Shown: piece after piece, positions 28,711 to 38,423 of the stretch
Layout: every line of letters starts with the position of its first letter
How positions within the stretch are numbered: the first letter of the stretch is position 1
From: a virus
Direction: 5' to 3' (one strand)
DNA: 64,000 nucleotides
Virus record (IMG/VR): IMGVR_UViG_3300021197_001769
The notes under the pieces: model-generated
What the model was told of the DNA's origin: nothing
What the model saw: only the letters and a program-made list of their open reading frames with translations
Databases searched by the model: none
Position numbers and translations under genes: made by a program

Positions 28711-30298
28711 ACGTTATTTGCTCTATGATTTTATAAGTAGTAGATTGAGCAGACGCAGAAGTGATTCTTAGTCTTACATTTCCACCATTTATATCAGCAC
28801 TTATAGCAGTAACCGGAATTGATCCAGTGTATACTATACCGTACTCAACAAAAGCGACGTTAGTACCATCATGAGTAAGAAGTACTTCTGATACTTGATT
28901 CTCACCTGATACTGTGTTAGCAGCAGTTACTAGTACTTTCATTCCTTTAAAGGAGTTTGAAGCACGTGTAGTAACTGTTGTTGCATCAGTACTAGTAGTA
29001 GTTATTGTAGCTGGAGCCACAACCGCTATACCACCAGTATTAGCTGCATTAACACCTAACGTAATATCATTATTAAATTTAGATTTCAGAGAATCTTCTG
29101 AATCTTGATCGCCTCTTAACGCATCAACTACTCTCTGTAATGCAGATATCTTTACAGTATCTGAGTCGAGTCTAGCTAAGGCATCATTTACTCTTGTATT
29201 AACAAGTTGTACTTGCGTCTGGTCAGAGTCTAATCTGGCCTTTTGTAAGTTACTTGATAACACCAAAGAAGAGATAACAGCTTGATCAGAATCTAATCTT
29301 GAGATAAATTCTTTTCTAAGAGCTGCGATTCTAGGATCTTCAGAGTCTAATCTTGCAATAATATCACTTTGCTTACCTTGCAATAATTGTAACTTAGTCG
29401 AATCAGAATCACGATCTGTTCTTAATGTAGTAATAGCGTTACCAACAGAGTCAATTGTATCTGATCCTGTTAATACCATCAATTCACCTTCTGAGTCAAC
29501 AGCAAAGACACCGTTCTCAGTAAAGTGTAATCTACTATTAATAAAGTCAGAGTCAATCATATTTGAGATTGAGTCAGAATCTATTATCTTCGCTCTTGTA
29601 TTCAAATCATCTAAAGCAATTTGAATAGCTTGTATTTTAGTACTATCAGAGTCTAAGTCTGCTCTTAATGCTGCTGTGTCAGCTGACGTACCAGCACCTA
29701 AAGCTTGAATCCTTGCGCTATCTGAATCAAGTCTTTGTCTTGTTTGCGAAGCAAACGTTTGAAAGGCTGAATGATCAGAATCTAATCTAGGATAAACTTG
29801 TGATCTAATAGTCTGTTGAACAATAGAATCAGAATCTAATCTGCCGATAAGAGCAGCAACTTTTTGGTCTAATTGAAATGTTAACAGGTCTGAGTCAGCA
29901 AGGTTTAATAAACCAGCTGCTATTTTAGCTTGAAATAAGTCATGATCAGAATCCATTCTTGTATGGATAACATCTACTTGACCTCGAATAGTCTGAACTC
30001 TAGTTGAGTCAGAGTCTACTCTCGCAGCTAATTGGTCTTGCTTAGTCTTTAAAGCTTGTATAACGGTACTATCAGATTCATTATCTGCTATAATCTGGTT
30101 AACGTTACTTGCTGTAAGATATCCTGCGTTATTAGTTAAAAGCGAATTATTATCACCAGCTTTGATAACAGCGTTATCGCCAATGGTAATTGTACTTCCG
30201 GTTTTTAACTTTAAACTAGTATCTCCTACAAGACTAAAATGCAGGTCGGAATCACCGACCAATAATCCTTGACGGATTCTAAAGTCTCTATTTGCCAT
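28706..30298 (-). CDS. Fibre protein with RLDSD coiled-coil repeats
   Basis: MANRDFRIRQGL start; about 14 DSD; C-terminal KVLV...QVSEVLLTHDGT....EYG domain. Confidence 0.75.
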   Translation of the reverse strand: MANRDFRIRQGLLVGDSDLHFSLVGDTSLKLKTGSTITIGDNAVIKAGDNNSLLTNNAGYLTASNVNQIIADNESDSTVIQALKTKQDQLAARVDSDSTRVQTIRGQVDVIHTRMDSDHDLFQAKIAAGLLNLADSDLLTFQLDQKVAALIGRLDSDSIVQQTIRSQVYPRLDSDHSAFQTFASQTRQRLDSDSARIQALGAGTSADTAALRADLDSDSTKIQAIQIALDDLNTRAKIIDSDSISNMIDSDFINSRLHFTENGVFAVDSEGELMVLTGSDTIDSVGNAITTLRTDRDSDSTKLQLLQGKQSDIIARLDSEDPRIAALRKEFISRLDSDQAVISSLVLSSNLQKARLDSDQTQVQLVNTRVNDALARLDSDTVKISALQRVVDALRGDQDSEDSLKSKFNNDITLGVNAANTGGIAVVAPATITTTSTDATTVTTRASNSFKGMKVLVTAANTVSGENQVSEVLLTHDGTNVAFVEYGIVYTGSIPVTAISADINGGNVRLRITSASAQSTTYKIIEQITL

Positions 30299-30333
30299 TT
30301 TCCTCTCCCTCTTGAAGTTCTAGGCGGACAAAA

Positions 30334-30756
30334 TTAATTACGTATTAGTGTAAGATTAATCTTGAACTCGGTTTGGTTAGCACTAGTGGTTTGTGATCTA
30401 AGTTCACATAAACTTCCATTTATTACAGAACTAAAATCTACAAAGCGACTACTACTTGAAAATAATGTAGCATACTCTGTAATATCAACTGAATCACTAT
30501 CGCAAAATAACAAGACTTCAGTCACCATCTTGTCATCAGTGATTTTATCCGTGGCTTGTATCACGAACTTAGCGGAACCATAGCTTAACTTACTAAACTC
30601 TGCTATCTTTCTAACGGATGAAGTAGCCGTTGCCGTAGCTCCGGAAGCGTAAGTAAAGACAGCGATGTCACTGTCTTGGAAATCTATTTTATCTACAAGC
30701 ATGTTTTCAATAGTTAAAACACGGTTATTTAGATTGTACTTTAGCTGGCGCGCCAT
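30334..30756 (-). CDS. Small virion protein paralogous to the C-terminal domain of 28706..30298
   Basis: YGSAKFVIQATD...VTEVLL....ITEYA; two DSD; late-promoter variant at 30786-30793. Confidence 0.65.
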   Translation of the reverse strand: MARQLKYNLNNRVLTIENMLVDKIDFQDSDIAVFTYASGATATATSSVRKIAEFSKLSYGSAKFVIQATDKITDDKMVTEVLLFCDSDSVDITEYATLFSSSSRFVDFSSVINGSLCELRSQTTSANQTEFKINLTLIRN

Positions 30757-30804
30757 TTTATAATTCTACCTCTGATCAGATGATTTATTTATTAAATCTA
30801 ACAA

Positions 30805-32640
30805 TTAAAAATTTCCTCTGTAGACATCGTTATACCATTCAGGTACAACAGCTTCATCTACAGAAGTCCAAACGTCTCCTTGACTATCAATTGTTGTCTC
30901 TAACATATTATCATAAGGTAAAAATCCGATTGGCATAACTTCATCTTCAATTTCGTCTAATTTTTGTTTGTACATATGCTGCTTAGCATTAGTATCGGTT
31001 AATTCTTTCCAGTATTCTGTACCTGCAGCCCATGCAAATAAAACTAAACACATAACTAGATCGTCATTACAGCCTGGTTCAGCTTCAAATGAGCCTGCTG
31101 TTGATTCACTTTTTCTAACAAACGTTGTTAATTCAACGTATACATCATAATCTTCTACTATTAATTTGTCTGCTTCAATTAAAGACTTTAAATTAGAACA
31201 ACCATTTGTCTTAACTGAATGCGATGTTGTAACTCCTAACTTAGCTCCTGGACCTGATCCTAACTGAAAACCAGCTCTGCCTTTAGAAACAGTAGATAAT
31301 ATATTTTCGTATTCAAATTCTTGTTGTACACCTACAGCTACTTGTTGACCCACATCGTTAACTTCAATAAGTACCCATGCTTGATTATAATATCTCCCTA
31401 AGTTAACTATAAAGTTTGGAAAAATCATAGGTGATACTTCATTTGATCTAAACTTAGCAACTACTTTATAAGGTACAGCTGTTATATCTACTATTACAAA
31501 TGCACTATAATCTAATCTAATTCCTCTAGCAGAATCAACACACATAATATAATTATGACCTGGTTTAGGATCTTCATAATAGTCTATAGACTCTTGATTA
31601 CGTATAGGTGCTATGTAAGCCATTTGACCTAATTTACCAGGCGCTATGAGAGTATTGCTTGAACCTATAAACTGACATTCAAACTCTTGTCTAAATTGAT
31701 CTTCAGATGTATTAGATATTTGTTCGTATTTCCAGTCTTCATCTCTACCTGGAACGTCCCACCAGTTTATTTCTATAGGAACAAATTTAGATCTATTCTC
31801 AGTAGACTCCATCCACATCTTATAAAAATGATTCATACCTTTAGGAGTAGATACTACTATCATTTTAGTATCAGTACCTGATGAAATAGTAGGGTAAACA
31901 GATCTAAAAAAATCTTCAGCATCGTTAGGAGGCACGAACGCAAATTCATCTAAGAATAATAACGAGAATGACATACCTCGAGCAGCTGATCCAGAAGACG
32001 CTGTAGCAATGACTTTACTACCATTTTCTAATTCTATAGATCTTTTATTATAAGTTACACAACCTTGTTGTAACCAGAAAGGTAATGACTCATATGCTGT
32101 AGCTAGTCTACCTAACATCTCTTGAGCTAATTCACCTTTGTTAGCTAATATTCCAACTGTCTTACCTTGATTGAATAACAAGTACCATAAAATATAAGCA
32201 ACAGATGTAGTTGATTTACCAGACTGTCTAGGTAATTTACATATGTTAAATCTATTCTCGTTAAATGTTTCTACCATTTTTCTTTGAAAGTCGTATAATG
32301 TAAATGGTATTAATCCAAAATCAACAGACATAATTCTAATATAAGTCTCTGTAAAGTAAACAGGATCTTTAGCACATTTTTGAAACTCTAATAGTTGTTC
32401 TTTTGTATAATCTAAGTTAACATGAGCAGCTTTAATATTAGGATTGCCCATATAGTGACTAACACCAGTAGGGTTCTTTTCAAATAACTTTGCGTTTGTA
32501 TTTTGGGTAGGAGCTTTTTTATTGTATCTTTGTTCTGAAAGATAAGTAATTAATGCTGTTTTATTTTTAACATACACATCACCGAATTTTTTATATCTTT
32601 TATGTTCAGATGGATTATATAAATCTTTTTTAACTATCAC
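30805..32640 (-). CDS. gp17: Terminase large subunit gp17
   Basis: YMGNPNIK, LPRQSGKST, LFLDEFAF, VSTPKG, FRQEFEC, DYSA, DDLVM. Confidence 0.97.
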   Translation of the reverse strand: MIVKKDLYNPSEHKRYKKFGDVYVKNKTALITYLSEQRYNKKAPTQNTNAKLFEKNPTGVSHYMGNPNIKAAHVNLDYTKEQLLEFQKCAKDPVYFTETYIRIMSVDFGLIPFTLYDFQRKMVETFNENRFNICKLPRQSGKSTTSVAYILWYLLFNQGKTVGILANKGELAQEMLGRLATAYESLPFWLQQGCVTYNKRSIELENGSKVIATASSGSAARGMSFSLLFLDEFAFVPPNDAEDFFRSVYPTISSGTDTKMIVVSTPKGMNHFYKMWMESTENRSKFVPIEINWWDVPGRDEDWKYEQISNTSEDQFRQEFECQFIGSSNTLIAPGKLGQMAYIAPIRNQESIDYYEDPKPGHNYIMCVDSARGIRLDYSAFVIVDITAVPYKVVAKFRSNEVSPMIFPNFIVNLGRYYNQAWVLIEVNDVGQQVAVGVQQEFEYENILSTVSKGRAGFQLGSGPGAKLGVTTSHSVKTNGCSNLKSLIEADKLIVEDYDVYVELTTFVRKSESTAGSFEAEPGCNDDLVMCLVLFAWAAGTEYWKELTDTNAKQHMYKQKLDEIEDEVMPIGFLPYDNMLETTIDSQGDVWTSVDEAVVPEWYNDVYRGNF

Positions 32641-33001
32641 GTTGTAAAAGCTCCAATAAATCTTTTGTATTCATTTTTACATTTAAATTATTATTCGTGA
32701 CCTGGTTTTTCTCTCCAGTAGGGTTGTTTAATTTTTCTGTCTTTAAATGATGGTCCATCATTTTTGCTGCTGTGTCACCCAATGCTTTAGCTGCTTCAGT
32801 TGCTACTTCAATAGCTCTTGGATGTTCAGATTCTCTAGCTAGATTAACAGCTGCATCTAAAATATCTTGAATTTTTTCTGAGGATTGGTATAGAATTTCT
32901 CTAGCATATTCATAATCATCTGATCTATTTCTAGCAAGTTTAGCTAATTTTTTATTCTCTTCGCTAAGATCAGTTTGCACTGATTGTAATTCATCTTTCA
33001 T
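32630..33001 (-). CDS. gp16: Terminase small subunit gp16
   Basis: DYEYAR...ARESEHPRAIEV...TNNNL...T.DL; directly upstream of gp17. Confidence 0.9.
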   Translation of the reverse strand: MKDELQSVQTDLSEENKKLAKLARNRSDDYEYAREILYQSSEKIQDILDAAVNLARESEHPRAIEVATEAAKALGDTAAKMMDHHLKTEKLNNPTGEKNQVTNNNLNVKMNTKDLLELLQRDS

Positions 33002-33034
33002 AAGTAAACTCCTATCCTTATTATTTAATACGAC

Positions 33035-33042
33035 TATAAATA
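33035..33042 (+). promoter_or_regulatory. T4-type late promoter TATAAATA driving the desaturase/oxygenase operon
   Basis: Exact match ending 4 nt before the ATG at 33047. Confidence 0.75.
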
Positions 33043-33046
33043 GTAC

Positions 33047-33769
33047 ATGAGCAATACTACTAAGTTACTAATAAATCATATGTTTTGTCACTTAATGATT
33101 ATACCAGGAGCCATTTATGGTCAATGGTGGATGTTTCTTGCTGCGTTAGCATGGTGGTACGTTGTCGCTATCGTATCTATATCTGGCGGTTATCATAGAT
33201 TTTATTCTCATAGTTCATTTGAAGGTAATAAGTTCTTTGAAGTATGTGTAAATATATTAGGTATCTTTTCAGGAGCAGGTCCTGCATTAACATGGGCTGC
33301 TACTCATAGACAGCATCATGCTTATTCAGATACAGATTTAGATCCTCATAGTCATATTAAAAAAGGCAAGTGGTCTGTTTATGTAAATACTTGGGGGTAT
33401 GATTTTCAAATTAAAAGAAGATTTATAAAAAAGTATCTTAGAAATCCTATACTAGTACATTTTTATAAAAACTATTTTATGTACAATCTTTTTATTATGG
33501 TAGCATTCTTTTTAGTAGATCCTTTATTGTTAGTTTTCGGATATTGTATGCCAGTTGTTTTTGCATTTCATGGTTATGGGTTGCTTAATGTATTAGGGCA
33601 TTCGAATGGTAAACCTACTAACAGTTGGTTTGCTAATCTTCTTACTGCTGGTGAAGGCTGGCATGAAGAGCATCATAAGAAAGCTGCACATTATAGGATT
33701 GGACGAGAAAAAGGTCAATGGGACCCTACTGCGTGGTTTATAGAATATGTTATGGGCAAAAAAGTATAA
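33047..33769 (+). CDS. Membrane fatty acid desaturase, delta-9-like
   Basis: His boxes HRFYSH, HRQHH..SD...DPH and GEGWHEEHH; TM helices. Confidence 0.9.
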   Translation: MSNTTKLLINHMFCHLMIIPGAIYGQWWMFLAALAWWYVVAIVSISGGYHRFYSHSSFEGNKFFEVCVNILGIFSGAGPALTWAATHRQHHAYSDTDLDPHSHIKKGKWSVYVNTWGYDFQIKRRFIKKYLRNPILVHFYKNYFMYNLFIMVAFFLVDPLLLVFGYCMPVVFAFHGYGLLNVLGHSNGKPTNSWFANLLTAGEGWHEEHHKKAAHYRIGREKGQWDPTAWFIEYVMGKKV

Positions 33770-34355
33770 GTTACTTTCATTAAAAAATTACGAAGATCAA
33801 TTTCTATATTACATTAATAGGTTTAGTAAAGAGCTAACTAGACATGATGATATAAAATGGTTTGATACTAGTACTAATTGGTGTCTTCAAAAGACATATA
33901 AAAATTATCTAGATTGGTCTTTTGTAGTTACAGATGATGATGAAGAAGAGTTGATAGCATTTGCTGCAGTACAAGACTTTGGTAATGATGTTGCTAGAAT
34001 ATTGACTAGATTATATTACAATCCAAAATACAGAAGAAAAAATATTAGATATGAATCTAATGAATTAACTCCTGGTAATGTAATTGCTAAACATCAAGTA
34101 GATAATTTCAATAATAAAAACCATTTATTTTTTTCTGTAGAATATATTTACAGAAGACCTACTATAATAAAATTAGGAAAGAAGTTAAATAAATTTTATG
34201 GTCATGAATGGAACACACAACCAGGTTTATACAAAACTTATAATAAAGATGAAAAAGGAGCTTGGCAATCTGTGATAGCTTACAGTTTTGTAAAAGAAAA
34301 ATTTCCTTTAGATCATATGACTTTATTAGATTGGAAAGACAAATATGGCGGATAA
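33747..34355 (+). CDS. Putative GNAT-fold acyltransferase
   Basis: LIAFAAVQ...ARILTRLYYNPKYRRK resembles GNAT motif A. Confidence 0.5.
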   Translation: MLWAKKYKLLSLKNYEDQFLYYINRFSKELTRHDDIKWFDTSTNWCLQKTYKNYLDWSFVVTDDDEEELIAFAAVQDFGNDVARILTRLYYNPKYRRKNIRYESNELTPGNVIAKHQVDNFNNKNHLFFSVEYIYRRPTIIKLGKKLNKFYGHEWNTQPGLYKTYNKDEKGAWQSVIAYSFVKEKFPLDHMTLLDWKDKYGG

Positions 34356-35019
34356 AGAATACAAGCAATATGGTTTTAGTAATGCTAGAATAAGAGCAAA
34401 AGGTGATAGAGGACCTACTAGACACAAACTTACTTCGTTTAAACATATTACCAAAGCACCTGAAAATGTAATGGACGAGATTAAACGTATTATAACTGAG
34501 ATTAAAGAAGATGATTTAGGTACAGATAAGTATCAGATATCTAATAGCTATGATCTTAAAAATAGTTTTAATGCTACTGGTGGTTATAGACAAATACTAT
34601 TACAGAGAAATACTATACAAGGTTCTGATATAAACGAAGAAACTAATTACAATGACTGGCGTAATGATACTGATGTAAGTGTAATTAAAAACTGGTTAGA
34701 AGAAACATTTGGTGAAGTTTTTAGAGCTAGAATATCTGTAATGCCTCCAGGGCATGAATTGTTCTGGCATATTGATACTGATACTTCTGTATTATGTAGG
34801 ATGCAACTAGCAGTTGATACAGTAGGTTCAGAGTTTCAGTTTAGAAATAGAATAGAAGGTTATAGGGCTCTTACTATGGAAGACGGACATGCTTATTTTG
34901 TAAATACAGGATGGTCTCATAGAGTTGTTAATAATGATAAGTGGAGAGTAGTTCTTATATTTGGTATTGAGTATAAGAATATACCTGATAAGGAGGCGTT
35001 ATGGATAGGAAACCATTAA
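34345..35019 (+). CDS. Aspartyl/asparaginyl beta-hydroxylase-like oxygenase
   Basis: RARISVMPPG...WHID...AYFVNTGWSHRVVN...R. Confidence 0.8.
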   Translation: MADKEYKQYGFSNARIRAKGDRGPTRHKLTSFKHITKAPENVMDEIKRIITEIKEDDLGTDKYQISNSYDLKNSFNATGGYRQILLQRNTIQGSDINEETNYNDWRNDTDVSVIKNWLEETFGEVFRARISVMPPGHELFWHIDTDTSVLCRMQLAVDTVGSEFQFRNRIEGYRALTMEDGHAYFVNTGWSHRVVNNDKWRVVLIFGIEYKNIPDKEALWIGNH

Positions 35020-35864
35020 AGAACATTGGGTACGAATATGATATAGATTTTAATTCTATGTCTGATGAAGATATAAAATATTTTGGAAGACAAATAGTAA
35101 AAGATAATGTCATACTAGTACGTAATCAAACTATTAATGAAGAAAGACTTTTATATATTTTAGAACAAATAGGTAATGTACTTAAACCTAATCAGTTTTT
35201 TATGCATCCAGATTATCCAGGATTGTTTAGAGTTACTAACGAAAGAAAAGAAGGCGAAAAGATTGGTATATTCGCTGACAAAGAACTAGATTGGCATAGT
35301 AATGGTAATGGAAGAAAGAGTGGCACTGAAGCATGTGTTATGCTATACTGTCTAAAACCAGGTGAAAATTCTGTAACATCTTTCTGTGATACTAGACAAG
35401 CATATAATGATCTATCAAAAGAAGATAGACATTATTACGATAATATAGATTGTAATTTCAAGTTTGAGAATAATACCTTTTATAAATTAGAAGAAGATGA
35501 TAAAGAACTAGCTATGTTTCAAGGAGGTGCTAGAGCGTTTAAGTATGGTGTAACTAAACCATTAGTATATACTCACCCTTATACAAAAGAAAAAGGTTTG
35601 TATTTTACTTTTCATTATATTAGAGATATGTGGAAAAGAATAGAAGATGGTGATGAAGATCATGAACTTGTAAATATGGAAGAGCATATGGTCAAGTTAA
35701 AGAAACATGTATTTCAAGATAAATATATGTACCATCACGACGATTGGAGACCAGGTGATCTAATATTCATGGATCAGTTTCATAGTATACATAAGCGAAA
35801 TGCTGTCGAAGGTGATAGGTTTTTATATAGAGCTAGTTTTGGGTACGAGAATTGTCAACTGTAG
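35001..35864 (+). CDS. TauD/TfdA-family 2OG-Fe(II) dioxygenase with an HxN variant
   Basis: VILVRNQ, WHSN, TSFCD..AY..L, PLVYTHPYT, WRPGDLIFMDQ...HKR, RFLYR. Confidence 0.85.
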   Translation: MDRKPLKNIGYEYDIDFNSMSDEDIKYFGRQIVKDNVILVRNQTINEERLLYILEQIGNVLKPNQFFMHPDYPGLFRVTNERKEGEKIGIFADKELDWHSNGNGRKSGTEACVMLYCLKPGENSVTSFCDTRQAYNDLSKEDRHYYDNIDCNFKFENNTFYKLEEDDKELAMFQGGARAFKYGVTKPLVYTHPYTKEKGLYFTFHYIRDMWKRIEDGDEDHELVNMEEHMVKLKKHVFQDKYMYHHDDWRPGDLIFMDQFHSIHKRNAVEGDRFLYRASFGYENCQL

Positions 35865-36499
35865 AACCATTACAAAAAATACAATTAGGTAAAGTAACTC
35901 TCTGGGAAAGAAAAGACCCTGATATTAATAATGATATGAAAAGAGAAGACTTAGTTACTGAATGTAAATTCGATTGGTTAGATATTGAAGCTCTTAAATT
36001 AGAATTCGATCAAACTGAGATGAAACCTTTTGAGCATCCTCTCAAAGAGAAATGTAAAGCTGAAAATAGCTGGTTTGAATATACACCTAATTGGCATACA
36101 TATAAATTTACAAATGATATGTCTCAGTATACAGATACAAATCCTGAAACTGTTAAGTGTACTATGATACTTAGATATATTTTAGATAACAAAAGAGTAG
36201 TACCAAAATATTTTAAACAAATAGCAGGCAGTGACTTACCTTGGCATTCTGATCCTTTAGGTTCATGTGCGATAAATGTAGCTTTAGAAGACGATACAGC
36301 TAACTTAGAATACTTAGGAAACATGGCTGGTGATCCTGATGTTCACTTTAACTATAGAATAGGATTACTTAATACAGTTCCAAGACATAGAGTGCAGCCC
36401 TTTCATCAAGATAGAAGAACTGCTAAGTTCCAAGTATTTGATATGGACTATAATATAGTTAGAGAAAAGTTAATAGAGAACAATGCAGTTTTATCTTAA
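35852..36499 (+). CDS. 2OG-Fe(II) cupin oxygenase-like protein
   Basis: LPWHSD...AINV...LLNTVPRHRV....R. Confidence 0.65.
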   Translation: MSTVEPLQKIQLGKVTLWERKDPDINNDMKREDLVTECKFDWLDIEALKLEFDQTEMKPFEHPLKEKCKAENSWFEYTPNWHTYKFTNDMSQYTDTNPETVKCTMILRYILDNKRVVPKYFKQIAGSDLPWHSDPLGSCAINVALEDDTANLEYLGNMAGDPDVHFNYRIGLLNTVPRHRVQPFHQDRRTAKFQVFDMDYNIVREKLIENNAVLS

Positions 36500-37523
36500 A
36501 GACATACCCGAAGACGAAATAATACATTATTATATTAAAAAGCATTCAGGCTTTTATGATGCTATTCGTAAGTTTGATAAGTATGATTATTCTAAACCTT
36601 GTATAAAAGAACTTGATAATAAAGTTATAGATAATTTATGGACTGCTTGTAAAGAAGCATATGCTGAATATGGTTGGTATGGTTTTTTTAAAGGTAATAT
36701 TATAGAAGGTAATCAAGAAAGAGCTAAGAACTATGGTGGGTTATCTTTAACTTATAATCCTAACCATTGGCAAGCTGATAACTTACCTGTTAATGCTCAA
36801 ACTTTAGGTGAGGTAAGGTACAACTTAGGTACTCTTTTCGAAGATGAAAGAGGTAAAAAGATATGGGATGATCTAGTCCATGCAAATAAAAGAACTACAT
36901 TTTATGAGATAATAGGCAAGTATACTTTAGATGCAGGTTTATTATATCTAAAAGAAGAAGGTTTTGTCAATCAATTAGAATATAAAGAACTTTGTAAAAG
37001 ACATTTTGATCATAAGAACAACCCTATAGCAGCTAAGCAACAAGGTCGCAACACTTACAGTGATACATTCGCTTACTGTAAAAGAACTCCCGCGTCTATG
37101 CACGGCTATCTAGGTACATTTATAGACTCTACACCATTTTCTATAGTTCGTAGTAGAATGGTTACATTAAAATATCCAGGTTATGTTCATTGGCATGATG
37201 ATGAAAACATCTTTATTAACACTAGAATTAATATTCCTATCAATGCAGATATAAAATGCAAGTTACATATTAATACAGAAGAAAATACTTTCCATAATGA
37301 TCCAGGTTATATGTATTGTTGGAATACAGAGAATCCTCATAAGGTAAGTATAAGCGAAGGTACAGGACAAAGAACTGCTATAGTATTAGGATTAGCTCCT
37401 TGGTTTGAATTCAACGAAGAAGAGCAATGTTGGTTTACTAACGAGTACTTTGGTAAGGTACATCCATTTGAATTATTTGAAGAAGGCGTTTTCTTAGATG
37501 AAAAATCTTATACCATTAGTTAA
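36483..37523 (+). CDS. Asp/Asn beta-hydroxylase-like oxygenase with N-terminal extension
   Basis: RSRMV...WHDDE...RINIPI...YCWNTENPHKV....R..IVLG. Confidence 0.7.
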   Translation: MQFYLKDIPEDEIIHYYIKKHSGFYDAIRKFDKYDYSKPCIKELDNKVIDNLWTACKEAYAEYGWYGFFKGNIIEGNQERAKNYGGLSLTYNPNHWQADNLPVNAQTLGEVRYNLGTLFEDERGKKIWDDLVHANKRTTFYEIIGKYTLDAGLLYLKEEGFVNQLEYKELCKRHFDHKNNPIAAKQQGRNTYSDTFAYCKRTPASMHGYLGTFIDSTPFSIVRSRMVTLKYPGYVHWHDDENIFINTRINIPINADIKCKLHINTEENTFHNDPGYMYCWNTENPHKVSISEGTGQRTAIVLGLAPWFEFNEEEQCWFTNEYFGKVHPFELFEEGVFLDEKSYTIS

Positions 37524-37986
37524 ATTTTTAAGTGATAAAGATATAGATACATTATTAAATTATTCTAAAACTGCTAAGTGGAAAGAACATTATAGTACAA
37601 AGACAGGTGTTAAAACACCTTTAGAGTTCACTCCAGTCACACAAGAAGTTTTAGATATATTAGAAGATAGTCCTATAGATAATTTAAAGAAAAATAAAAA
37701 TATAAAGATGATGTTAAGTAGATTACAACCTGATAGTATACAGGATTGGCATACAGATGGCAAGCAAAATAAAAGATCTAGTGTTGTTATTCATCCGTTA
37801 ACTAAAAATTATGCTCCTTTATATACTAGAAATAATATGAGTGATGGTCCTGTAATTTTAAATACTTTAGAAGAACATAAAATAGTTAATAACGATAATT
37901 TAAGAATTAACTTTCAGATATGTTACGACGAAGATATTGAAGAGGTAAAAAGTAAATGGATAGGTTATCAAAAATCTATGATGTAG
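37498..37986 (+). CDS. 2OG-Fe(II) cupin oxygenase-like protein
   Basis: DWHTD...VIHPL...ILNTLEEHKIVN...RINFQ. Confidence 0.65.
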   Translation: MKNLIPLVKFLSDKDIDTLLNYSKTAKWKEHYSTKTGVKTPLEFTPVTQEVLDILEDSPIDNLKKNKNIKMMLSRLQPDSIQDWHTDGKQNKRSSVVIHPLTKNYAPLYTRNNMSDGPVILNTLEEHKIVNNDNLRINFQICYDEDIEEVKSKWIGYQKSMM

Positions 37987-38423
37987 AAAGAATAAAAGCT
38001 GAATTACATCAAGTAGTAACTCAACATGGTTGGTTTGAAGGTAATCAAATTAGTTTACAATCTCCTACAGACGATTGGCATTATGGCTGCGGTTGGGTAG
38101 CTGATAAACCTGATAGTTATTTCAATGCTATTAATACAGATGATAGTTGGGAAATAACAAGATTCATAAAAGATTATAACTTAGTTAGAACTAGAGTTAT
38201 GTTAATGCACCCTAAGACTTGTTATACGTATCATAAAGATAGAACACCTAGAGTTCATTTAGCTGTAAATACTCATGAACATTGTTTTCATGTAACTGGT
38301 GATAAAGCAGAACATGTACCTGCTAATGGTCATGCATATAGGTTAGATACTACTGTAGGACATACAGCTATGAATTGTACTAAAAATGTTAAACGTATTC
38401 ACTTGGTTGGTTGCCAAGAGTAG
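37956..38423 (+). CDS. Asp/Asn beta-hydroxylase-like oxygenase
   Basis: RTRVMLMHPKTCYTYHKD..RVHL...DTTVGHTAMN...RIHLV. Confidence 0.75.
   Translation: MDRLSKIYDVERIKAELHQVVTQHGWFEGNQISLQSPTDDWHYGCGWVADKPDSYFNAINTDDSWEITRFIKDYNLVRTRVMLMHPKTCYTYHKDRTPRVHLAVNTHEHCFHVTGDKAEHVPANGHAYRLDTTVGHTAMNCTKNVKRIHLVGCQE

Noticed and set aside
20747-30298. Recurrent DNA words (e.g. tctgaatctaatct, GANTC) as a DNA repeat, CRISPR array or CcrM-site cluster
   Set aside because: They follow the reading frame, vary at synonymous positions and include AGY-coded serines that lack GANTC. They are the coding shadow of (RL)DSD, with no constant repeat-spacer structure.
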